The notes under the pieces: model-generated
What the model was told of the DNA's origin: nothing
What the model saw: the letters and a program-made list of their open reading frames with translations, nothing else
Databases searched by the model: none
Source of the DNA: Macrostomum lignano
Taxonomy: Eukaryota
Assembly: GCA_002269645.1 (NCBI GenBank)
Contig: NIVC01002377.1
Span: 1-64,000 of the forward strand
DNA length: 64,000 nucleotides
Direction: 5' to 3'
Position numbers and translations under genes: made by a program
In this document: positions 1 through 27,518 of the stretch, one piece after another
Layout: every line of letters begins with the position of its first letter
How positions within the stretch are numbered: position 1 is the first letter of the stretch

Positions 1-631
1 AGCGGCCCGGCGCGGCGGCGGGCTCTCCTCTCGTTTCACTGGCTGAGGCCGCTTTGGTTTGGGGAGGCGGGGTTGGCGGCCGGACTGGAGAGCGGCGGGG
101 GCGATCTGGACCGAGTGAGCGCGTCACCCGCCCCCCCCCCCCCAGTTCTTCGCTTCCAGTTCCGACCCCTCATTCTCTTAGGCTTGGGGCTGTGGGGGTG
201 GCGGTGGGCCCCTATTTATGCGCAGGGAGGCACCGACGCGGCCCGCCACCAAGCAGAAAGAAGAGAAGACGGACGGCCCGGCCCGAGTTTAGCGCGCCCG
301 CGCCGCGATCCGCGGAATAAAGCCTTGCCTGCCTGCCTTAACTAGAAAAAAGGCCCTGTCTGCCCCTCAATTCCGTCGGGCTTTTTTCTCTTTTTTCCTC
401 CTCTCGCACAAAGCCCTGTTTGCTTCCCGGGGCCCTGCCTTCCTTCTCTCTCCCCACCCCCCCACTCAGTCGCGCTTTTAAGTTGTCGCCTCCTCAGCAG
501 CGGTACCCAGACTGCGTTGCGCGTCGCAAATATCTCCCACCAAGAAGCTTGCTTCCCTTTTGCCCGTCTGGTTGTGTATACCAGCCAATTTGCTTCCTAA
601 AAGAAAGTTCTCAAAAAGACGGAAAGAACAA

Positions 632-945
632 ATGGCCCGCGCTCTGCCAGTGCAGACGGCCATCCCGCCTGGCTTCCTGTCGTCGCAGCAGGTGGTGGCT
701 AGCTATCACCATCAGCTCCATCATCACCACGGCGGTGCAAAGGCTGCCATTAATAATAATACCAGTGCCAGCCTAGGCGAGAACAACAACATCTGTCATG
801 CACCGGCACCGGTCAAGTCCTCCATCGGACACTCGGTTGATCGGCTAGTTCAACAGCGTCCGGACAATCTGGCCGCCGCTCAGCAGCTGCCCGGACACGC
901 AGCCGCCATTGTCACGTCCACAACGATGTCTTCTCCGCCACCGTC

Positions 946-981
<36 letters not shown>

Positions 982-3434
982 TTCCGCGGAAAAAGCCGCC
1001 GCAGCAGCAGCAGCCGCCGCGGCTGCAGCGGCTGCTCTCGGCGATGAGCCGATCCGCACAATGATCCTGACCATCATTGACAAACTGCGCGAGCGGAAGG
1101 CCCGGCCAGATATTGATCGGATCTGTTCGATGGTGACGCGGCATCACGGTCTCCAACGGGAGGCCATTGTACAGCTGCTCGAGCGTCTAGTTGACGACGG
1201 CTCGGTGCTGAAGGTCGAGTACAAAGGCTCCGTGTCCTACCGGAATGCTTCAAAATGGCGCCGCGGCTCCCTCATCAGCAGCGTGTTGAACAGCAGCGCC
1301 ACCAGTCGTCGCCTGTTGGCCGCAGTCGGCAGCCTGGCCAGCGATCAGCCCGACGTGCTCGCCTCCGGCTTCACCGTTCAGGACGTGGCCGATCGTCTGC
1401 GCTGCCTGCCGTCGGCGACGTCTGAAGAAGAGGATTCGGCGCCAGGCGCGGAGCCTCTGCAGGGCGAAACTCTGGAGATGGCGCTCGAACGCGAGGCGTC
1501 CACTGGCGGACTGTGCCGCGTCTCCACCGGCCGGTACACTCTCGACCCGGACGGATCGAAGCGTCGCGATAAGGAGGCGCTCAAAAAGCGCAAGGAGAGC
1601 AGCAGCAGCAGCAGCAACAACAAGCAGCAGCAGACAAGCAACAGCAACAAGCAGCAGCAGTCGCAGCAGCTTCACCCGCCCCAGGCTAAGCGGCCGAGAC
1701 CAAGCGAGCCAGCTCAGTCGGACCTGTGCGAACCGCTGGACTTGTCAGTTGGCCATTGCTTGCCTCAGCAGCAGCAGCGGCAGCCAGCCTCCACCGCGAG
1801 TTCCAGCTCAAGTAATTGCTCCTCTAATAGTGAAACTGCGCCACCTGCTTACTGCATCACGTCTGTCTCTGTGGCAGACACTACGGCCACGCCAGCGGCT
1901 CAGTCTGCTGAGCACTCTCCGACATCGCAGCCTTCGTCTGTCACTAAGCAACCGCAGCAGGCCCTACCACCAATTCCAACCGTGGTCATCTCGCGAGTCA
2001 AAGGCGTTGCCAGGGACTCAGCATCCCCAGCAGTAGCCGCCGCTTCCGCCGTAGTCGCTGAGAAGCCGGCGACCGCCGGATCGCCAAATCCAACCGAGCA
2101 GAAGGAGCGACGCCAAAGTCAACCAAGTGAATCGCCGGCTACGACCAAGTCAAAGCACAACAAAGAGAAAACTCGAAAACAATCCAAAGCATCTGCTGCT
2201 TCTCTGGAAGAGCGTTCCCAGCAGCAGCAGCAGCAACATCAGGAAGACTCTGAGCAGGAGATTGAGCAAGAGCTTAATCAGCAGCAGTCTGACGATGAAC
2301 TCTGCGATTTTTGCTTGTCCTCTGGCCGAGCTAATCGAATGGGCGTCCCTGAGCAGTTGCTAACCTGCCGCGACTGCAGCCACCGGGCCCATCCTAGCTG
2401 CATGCTCTACTCAGTTGAGCTGGCCTCTCGAGCCCGCCAGTCGCCTTGGCAGTGCTCCGAGTGCAAGACCTGCTGCGTCTGCCTCGATCCAGGCGACGCG
2501 GAGCTGATGCTTATCTGTGACGCCTGCGACAAGGGCTACCACGTCAGCTGCCACCGGCCGAAGATACCGGAGAAGCCGGCTAGCGAGGCCAAGTGGATTT
2601 GCTCAGCCTGTCAGAAGATCGAGGATGACGGATCGGTGAATAGGTGAGTGACGCGCTTGGTAGAAACCGTGGGCCTAAATCTAAATTTATGCAACAGTCT
2701 ATATTGCAAAGACTCTGACTTGTCAGCCAATGTCTATGGTAAAACCCCACCCCAACTAGACGTTAGTCAGCCAGTGTCTATGGTAAAATTCCACCCAACT
2801 AGCCAGTCTATGGTAAAATCACCTTAACTAGCCAGTGTCTATGGTAAACCTCCACCCCAACTAGTCGTTAGTCTGCCAGTGGTCTATGGTAAAACCCCAC
2901 CCCAGCTAGACGTTAATCAGCCAGTGTCTATGGTAAAATCCCACCCCAGCTAGACGTTAGTCAGCTAGTGTCTATGGTAAAACTCCACCCCAGCTAGCCA
3001 ATGCCTGGTAGCGGTAAAACCACCTTAACTAGCCAGTGTCTATGGTAAAAGCTTCCAACTAGATAGACCATTAAATCTAGTTTTCTAATTCAAACTTCTA
3101 TGGTAAAAAGCTAATTTCATTCGCTTGATTTGTCTCTCCCAACTCCAGCAGGAAGTCGCCTGTATTTCTAGACGACCCGAATCCATTCGACGCCAGCAAG
3201 TGGACCATCGCCCAAGTGAAATCCTGGCTCCTATCCGAAGGCTTCCCTCTGGCTGCTCAGGCATTTGTCGATCAAGAGATCGATGGCGCCTCTCTGATGC
3301 TGATGAAGCGAATGGACGTGCTCGCAGGTCTCGGCCTGAAACTGGGCCCAGCTGTTAAAGTATTTGAGAGGATTAACAAACTGCAGAACCGATGCCGTAC
3401 CTTGCTGCAAGCAAACAGTAATGCTAGAAATTGA
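632..3434 (+). CDS. SAMD1/atherin-like chromatin reader: winged helix + second WH/H15-like region + double PHD finger + C-terminal SAM domain; exons 632-2643 and 3149(or 3152)-3434
   Basis: The ORF contains LRERKARPDIDRIC (SAMD1-type WH motif) and a KAT6/DPF-type tandem PHD (CDFC..CRDC..HPSC..WQCSECKTCCVC..CDACDKGYHVSC..WICSAC). Donor AG|GTGAGT at 2643/2644 joins in frame (phase 2) to acceptor CCAG|CAG|, giving ..DPNPFDASKWTIAQVKSWLLSEGF..QEIDGASLMLM..LGLKLGPAVKVF (SAM). The ATG at 632 was chosen over the track's upstream non-ATG start. Confidence 0.85.
2715..3110 (+). repeat. Degenerate ~40-60 bp intronic tandem repeat (core GTCTATGGTAAAA..CCACCCCAACTAG)
   Basis: About 8 imperfect copies of the motif fill most of the intron of the SAM gene. 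Confidence 0.8.
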
Positions 3435-4092
3435 CTGCTTTTTGTACCTGATGACCGAACCTACGGCAAATTGCTATGTTGTACACAGATTAGAAAGGAT
3501 TCAATAGCAATCGATTTCTTGTAAATGGCAAATCTTTAATCCCTTAAGTCTCTATTAGTACAATATCTTTGACATTCAAGCTTCAATTAAATTGTTGTTG
3601 TCAAATTTCGTTCCAAGTGTTGCTACTTATTAACAAATATCGATATTTATGTAAATAATTTAAACAGTTTCTAAATCTCTGTTTGTAGCATAGTTTCTCG
3701 TCACTTGTAGCATTTATGTGAAATCCTTTGTTCTCAAACTATCCCTATCGCTGTTATCTGTGTCTGTCAGTTGTAAATTTTGAACTTCTCAAAATTCGTG
3801 TACATTAGCATTCTGTCTGATAATAATTGCAGTCAAATTCAATTGCTGCTTTTTATTTGGCATATCCCGGTCAAAACATGCTATTTTAATCACAATTCAC
3901 GCGTGATTGCCTGTGAATTGCTTCAATGCTTTAATCAGTTTTAAGCAAAACAATGCATTATTTTACTCTTATTCATTATGGCATCTCTTTCTGTACAAAA
4001 TAAAAAATTAATCCAGCATTTCAGGATAAATTCATGAATATTATCGCCTAAGACAAGTGTAATAAACTTGTTTTTTATTCACTTAATTCTGC

Positions 4093-4575
4093 GTTCACTC
4101 ATCTTTGCATGGAATTCACTCATCTTTGCCTGGGATTCACTCATCTTTGCCTGGGATTCACTCATCTTTGCATGGGATTCACTCATATCTGCATTGGATT
4201 CACTCATCTTTGCATGGGATTCACTCATATTTTCATGGGATTCACTCATCTTTGCATGGGATTCACTCATATTTTCATGGGATTCACTCATCTTTGCATG
4301 GAATTCACTCATCTTTGCCTGGGATTCACTCATCTTTGCCTGGGATTCACTCATCTTTGCATGGGATTCACTCATATCTGCATGGGATTCACTCATCTTT
4401 GCATGGAATTCACGTATCTATGCATGGGATTCACTCATCCCTGCATTGGATTCACTCATATTTGCATTGGATTTATTCATCTATGCTTGGAATTCACTCA
4501 TCTCTACATTGGATTCACTCATCATTGAATTCAATTATCCCTGCATTGAATTCACTCATCTCTGCATTCACTCAT
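4093..4575 (+). repeat. 21-bp minisatellite (GGATTCACTCATCTTTGCATG)n
   Basis: More than 20 tandem copies; this explains the periodic ORFs at 4068-4667. Confidence 0.95.
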
Positions 4576-7500
4576 GTCTGCACTTGATTCAACAATATTT
4601 GCACTTGACTGATTTATATGTGCATTGCATTCACTCAAAACGGTACTCAAAACTCGAAATTGAGTAAGTTCTTAGTTCATCATCAAGTGAACTGAGTACC
4701 TGACAGGCCGTCAGAACTTTCTGTTTTGATTTCGCACCAAAAGAAGAGGGTCATCGTGCAAACTAAGAAGTTTGTTTTACTTGGGGGTTCAAATTCAATT
4801 GTGCGCCGGTAGCTTTGTTACAAATGTCAATATGCGCTTTATGCATGTATAAATGCATAAGAAGCGGTGCCATTTCCGCAAACGCAAGCAACACAATAGG
4901 GGAGACCCCAGCAGACAGCAAACATCTGGTCAAAAATATGATTTTTCGGTAGAGTTCGTGAGAATTTTTATTTTTATAAACTGAGATGAACTCCCTCACA
5001 ATACCGTGTTTAATATCCACAGAAGAATAAACAAAAAGTGAAGAAAAAGAAATTCCAAAATCAAAGAGCGAAAACGAAAAAAGCAAAGGCAAAAAGCAAC
5101 ACCGCCGCTATTTCCTCAGTCTTTGTTCTCATTGGCAGTGCCGGTCATTGCCAGGGGATTGCCATGAAGCAGAGGAGCGGGAGCACCCGGAGCAGGCAAA
5201 GGGGAGCAGTTTAGTAAGGTCCATCGCTTCTTCCATGGCGGGGCCAGCGCGCGAAATGGCCCGCGGGAAATGGAGCGCGCGGATGAAGGGGGAAGGGGAA
5301 GGAGAGGAGAGACAGGCCCAGGCTGGCTGCCAACTGCCGGGATCGCGCGAGGCGAGCGATGAAAAGGGGCTTTGGGAAATGAGGAAGAAACAGAGGGCGG
5401 GGGGAGGAGAAGCGAGAGGAGGAAGATTGGGTTACCGCCGCGCGCCCCCGGGTCCCAGGCGTCTCTCTTTCTCCTGGCTCTGGGCTCGGCTTCGCTCCTC
5501 CCGCGATTCCCATTTCCTCCTCTCTGAAAATCCCACAGCTGGCGACAGGGGGGGGGGGGCGGGTTGCGGGCCGCGAGCTGCCCCTGCCTAAGAGAGAAAA
5601 ACCGGGGGGCAGGGGGGCTTTGTTCCGCTCCGACTGTCGTTCCCGCGCCCCCGCTTTGCCCGCCGATAATAGCCCTGAAGAGAGAAAGGAGCCAAGCCAA
5701 GCCAATCTGCGCAATGGGTCTCCAGCAGCTTCGATTCGGTCTGCACGGCTCAGCTCTGACGGGGGGCCGCCCGCCCGCCCGCCCGCCGCAACCAAGCGCT
5801 GATTGCGCAATCGAGCGAGCGAATATGCTTCGAGATTGAGGGATTGGAGAGGGATGGATTGGGGGCCCGGCGGCGGGTCCCTACTTGTTTGCCCGGCTTG
5901 GAGCTCCTGGGGAGGGAGGGGGCGGCAGAAGGGGGATGCCGCATGGAGCGAAACTCCTGGATGCCAGATGTGCGCGCCACATCTCCAACAACAAAAATTG
6001 CGACTGCTGGGCCCGCCTTGCCCGTCGCCTCCTTCCCAGTCCTTCCACATCCCGTCGGGGCCGAGCGCCCCTTTCACTCGCTGCCCCCATGACGCTGCCC
6101 TCCACTGACTAAAAAGATTATTGCTTAACTCCAATTGTGGAGTCATCCAGATGAAGTGAAGATGGACGCCTCCCCAAGTTTCTGGGATTGATTGTTAAAA
6201 CTATCTGACAAGTTGTATGGGCCTTCGCGCTTTAAATCTGGGAGGTCCGGGTGATTGAACAAGGGACACTCGGCGCTCGGGTAACTGTCTCATTTTTCTC
6301 TGTTTCCCTGTAAGTCCATCCCGCTCTCAGCCTCTGACAGTGCTGCCAGCAGTGCGGGGCAGCAGCCAAGCCGGCAGCAGCGGCGCTGCTCCTAAATCCC
6401 TAATCGGCGAACTCTGCCCCGCCCAACCCAAATGCCTGGCCTGGCCTCTCTGCTCTCACTGTGAGCCAAAGCTTCACGTAGACAGACTGGAGGCCCGCAG
6501 CAGCTATTAGCTAGTTAGTTAATATTCTGTTCCCGCTGCCGCATACGGATGCGGGCCCGGGGCGAGGCGCGCGATCAGCCCTGAGTGCCGGCCTGACGAC
6601 GACGCGCGAGCGCCCGCCCGTCCCCCTCCTCCGGAGGGAGGAGGAAGGTCGGGTGCAGAGGAGAGAAACGATCCCAGCTAAGCTGTGGATCCGGGTTTGG
6701 CAAATGGCTACTAAAGCCGCTGCGTCTGTCTCTCTTCTCTCTTTGGCCAGGGGCCTGTCCACTCCATTCTATACGTTGTCGTCACCTCTGCGGGGCGCTC
6801 TCGCTCACTTCATCCACCCCCTTTTTACTGGCCGCCCGCGCGTCATTGAGATGCCCAGCTCTGGCTATATACCTAGCTGGGCTAGCCTAGTCATATAGGC
6901 CTATAGCTTATTTTTTTCTCTAGCCTTCGCAGTTTCCTCTTCACTTCACCTACCCGCGCGGGGGGCCGCCGGGCTCCGCGCGTTGCTCGTCAAATAGATG
7001 CGGCCGGCCGGCCGGCACAGCCGCGAGTCGCCGCGGCAGCGCCGCACGGCCAAACAATTTGAAGGCTTGGCTTGGTTTAGGGGGTGGAAGGGGTGGGAGA
7101 GACGGACAGCCGGCCAGGGGGGGGGGGATGCGCGGAATGGGACCCGGGGACACGCAGCGCGCTGAAAGTGTAGGGGCAGGGGGTGGGGCTGGCCGGGTGG
7201 CGGCAGCGGCGGCGGCGGCGGCCCTAGAGCCCTAGGGCAAGAGCCCTACAGCCCATGCAGCAGCAGCAGCTAAGGAATAAGATGGTGCGGCGCGCGCTGC
7301 GAGCGAGGCTCGGGGAAATTAGGAAAGGAAGCTGTCTGAGGAACTCTGATTCCAAGGCTTCGCATGCCAACCCGCAATTCCCCCTACCACCCCCCTCCCC
7401 TCCCCGAGGGCCGTTTCCGCTCCCAGCTCTACCGTTCGCTCCTTCAGGCTCTTTTTGCGCGCGCCGCCACTGCCAGCCGTTGCAAAAAAAGCAACCGGCC

Positions 7501-9278
7501 GCCACCCCCGAAACACGCAGTTCAAATGGGTCGTCTGGGATTCCAGCAAATCTCATATTGCCCCAATGTAGCTGGCGGGCGGCGGCCTGCAGCCAGATCC
7601 AAATCGCAATTCAGATGCATCGCAAGTTGCTTTCGCGTCTTGCGGTGGCGCGCCGCGCTTTCCCCAATACCCTTGTATCAAATTAATCCTGTCGCCTTTG
7701 CGCAAGCACGCGCGTCCGCTTGCGGCATTTGCATTGGTCTTCTTTTTATTACACTGAACACACCTGCAAAACTTCTACCTGCTGATTTAAAATTTCTGCG
7801 CGCTTCATTCAATTTAAATTCAACTTAAATTTATTTTCTGCAAATACAGAGAGTCGTCAATTCGATCAGAATTGTGTCCAAGCTGTGTTTCATAAATCGA
7901 GTATTTTCTGAGTATTTATCCTTTACAAGTGATTTCATGGTCTCAAACCGATATCCCACAAGATTCTGAAAGTGACTACGCCATTGAATGTAATTCGATT
8001 TAATAATAATAATGATAATAATAATAATAATAATAATATTAATATCGATTTAATACGCTCTTTAAGCATAAACGTCATTTGAGTATTCGTTTATTAGTAA
8101 AAAATACTATTTGATATTTCAAAGCATGGAAAAAAATTTCAAAGTGGCTTTGCAGTGAAAAGATGGATGAAAGAAAACTTTTTATTGGATGAAAGCTGAA
8201 ACTTTTAAAATTTTGAACGACTTACTTGCGCTGAGCTGAGCTGTGTATGACTTCGTAGTTTGAAACATATTCAACGGGCTTTAGTATATTACGAGTAAAA
8301 CAAAGCCAAAAAACAGTCTGCGAGTTACAATGCTGCAAAAAAAGTAAAAGCATAAATTGCGACTTTCGTTAGTTTTCTTTTTGTTTTCTTTATTAAACAA
8401 AATATTTTATTTGGTTGTTAGTTGCATTGCGACCGGATGCGATCGATTTCTGAGTACAAAAATGACTTCGATTTTATAAGATGGAATTCTTGAATGGGTT
8501 CTATATTCAACTAAAGTAGCAAAATAACGGGACGGGAACTATATACTCGTACTATTTTATATATTCATATATGACTTTTTTAGTTTTAAGCTTTTTCTTG
8601 GCAGGTAGCACAGCCATAGCAATGGATAGATATCAAGGAAATAATTAAGGATTCAAAATAGCTGAAAATTTTATTGTGATGATTATCAATACTATAATAC
8701 TATCTGTATTACGTTTTGCATTTTCTCCGATATGTGTATCTTCTCCGAAGCAGAAATATATAAAGTTATTTCTGAAACTTATTCACTAAATATTAATCTC
8801 CAATCTCTAATATCATCATATAAAAAATATAATTGAATTAAGGAGTGTGGACATTCTGTTCTGTTGCTTTAAGATTTTTATGTAATAATATATATGATTT
8901 GAACTAATGAATGTCGACTTTATTTTTAAATGAAATTGGTAGATACTACAATACATTTTACAGGAACGATAACTTCTTCTTTGTGAGATTCTTATTTAGC
9001 ACACAACTTCAAACTTTTGAAGAGAACTGGTTAGATGCACATATGCCTGATGGTTCTTCAGTTTTGATACAAGAAGAGATTTTCAGTGTCTGTAGATGAA
9101 CTATCACTAAAATAGTTATAATATCACTGTGATAATTATAAAATAGCTATTAAGTGATATAGTTCAAATAAATATTTGCTATAAGATATGCATGAAATAT
9201 ACATATATCGTGAATTACTTTACAATATAATGGTCCTTTGCCGATTTCAGCGAAGAACCGCGCCACCCGGTCGTTGCC

Positions 9279-25332
<16,054 letters not shown>

Positions 25333-26074
25333 ACCACAAAATGAAAACCTGGAAGCAGAATTACTTATAGACTTCGAGATGATACGAAACTTCTTTGTGA
25401 AGAGATCTGTCGTTTTAAATTTGGATTTTATGTTCTATAGTAGCGTACCATACTATTAGTACTTTTGTTTGCTCACAACACATTTTTTCTTCTGTTGCTT
25501 TTCTTCTTGCCTCGCCGCCTTGCACCGCAAGCAATGCGTCTTTTGTTTAAAAAAATCGATCAAATCATACGGGCCCTCTCTCTCTCTCACCGAGCCAGTT
25601 TTGATATTTTTTCGTTTCAGCTTGCCGTGAACTGTCTACACTACTGGCTACGTAGTATCAAGTAGCGTATAATGAATATTTTGATGTCGTGTGCGCAATT
25701 TTGTTTTGCAATTGTTTTTCAGTTGCTCAGATAGAGTTTGCAATGCTTTATTGTCTGATTTTTTATTAAATTAAAAATATACACGCGCAATTACTTTCTC
25801 ACGAGTGACTAAGCTTTCACTATAATAACGAAAAAATCTAAAGATGTCGCTTATTATGCTACTTTTTTTTTTAGTAGCTAATAGCGCAGAAAAATGCGTA
25901 AAAAACTACCGGATTTACATTAAATTACAGATTAGGAATTTGATTTTGTTTAAACAAAGAAGTACATAAAATTCCGCTGTGCAGGATATTCAGTCTCAAA
26001 TTAAATGCAATATAATTTATTATAATTGTATTATAATCATAATAATCTAATTTAATACAGTGCTCAACCACGGG

Positions 26075-26400
26075 GCTCTGATGTGCCAGCGGCCCAGGCT
26101 CGATTCCAAGTGCAGTCACATTAATTTGGGGCTGAATTGGAATCTCGGCTTGGCTCTGCTCGTGCAATTAACGCCCTTGAGAGCCAACCCCCCAAGGCGC
26201 AGTGAAGTGTACATGCCTCACGATAAATAAAGCTAGGACCGCTGTACACTCCTGTGTGAGTGTGTGCCTGTGCGTATGACTGCGTACGTATCCGCGCGCT
26301 TGTGTGCCTGCTCAGGGGAGTCGGCGGAATGGGCAGCAATGCCTCTCGCCGGTTGTGTGCCAATGTCGCTTAAAGTGCGCCTCTGCCCCCAATAAAAAAA
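26075..26400 (+). mobile_element. tRNA-derived SINE family A, 5'-truncated copy
   Basis: High identity to 53469-53824; B-box-like GGCTCGATTCC; ends in AATAAAAAAA. Confidence 0.75.
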
Positions 26401-26586
26401 TGTTCCTTTTTAATATAGTTCAGAGCCATTTTCTGAGCTGAATTTTATGCTGTAATATCAGCTGGAACTGTGCGTGGGACTTTCAACAGAAGGTCCTTTG
26501 TTACCATAGTGAAATCGTTCGGTAAATTGAATCGCTTTTAAATTCGCGCTTATAGTTTTAGACACCGAAGAACACTGTTAAACTCT

Positions 26587-26920
26587 GGGCTGCTCAGCGG
26601 TCAACACGTCTGACTTTAGCTCCACGACCCGTGGTTCGATTCCGTAGCAATAATAATTGATTACACCTCCACCAATTAAGCCAGATGTGCTACCGACAGC
26701 TCAGCCGCAGCTATTGCGCGGCGCATCTGAAGGCTGCGTACGGCTGTTCAGTCCAAGGACTGGGGGGTCGCTACACACACCCTCAATTACCCCAGCTAAT
26801 GCTGGCACCCATTTTACAGCTGGGTGAGCTGAAGCAATGTAGAGTTAAGTGTCTTGCTCAAGGACACAAATTATTCCAATGGGATCGAGAATCAAATCCC
26901 CGAATGGCACATGTCTGATG
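26587..26920 (+). mobile_element. tRNA-derived CORE-type SINE (family B)
   Basis: A-box-like TGCTCAGCGG and B-box GGTTCGATTCC (26633-26643), followed at 26808-26870 by CCCATTTTACAGCTGGGTGAGCTGAAGCAATGTAGAGTTAAGTGTCTTGCTCAAGGACACA, which resembles the MIR CORE consensus as I recall it. Confidence 0.65.
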
Positions 26921-26968
26921 ATAAGATGTCAAGGTGACTGTACACCCTGTGTGAGCGTGTGAGAGAGT

Positions 26969-27420
<452 letters not shown>

Positions 27421-27518
27421 CCCTCTTCGGCGCAAATTTAAATTTGATTTTACTTATCGATCGAAAAGAAATCAAAATTAATACTTTACACTAGCTACCA
27501 TGGCGACTAGATGGTCGC

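Noticed and set aside
4068-4667. Repeat proteins from periodic ORFs (also 28424-29089, 48494-49780, 52300-53109)
   Set aside because: They arise from stop-free minisatellite units of 21, 12, 21 and 40 bp.
5116-7828. Multiple overlapping ORFs of 60-311 aa
   Set aside because: GC-rich low-complexity translations on both strands with no recognisable domain or consistent exon structure.
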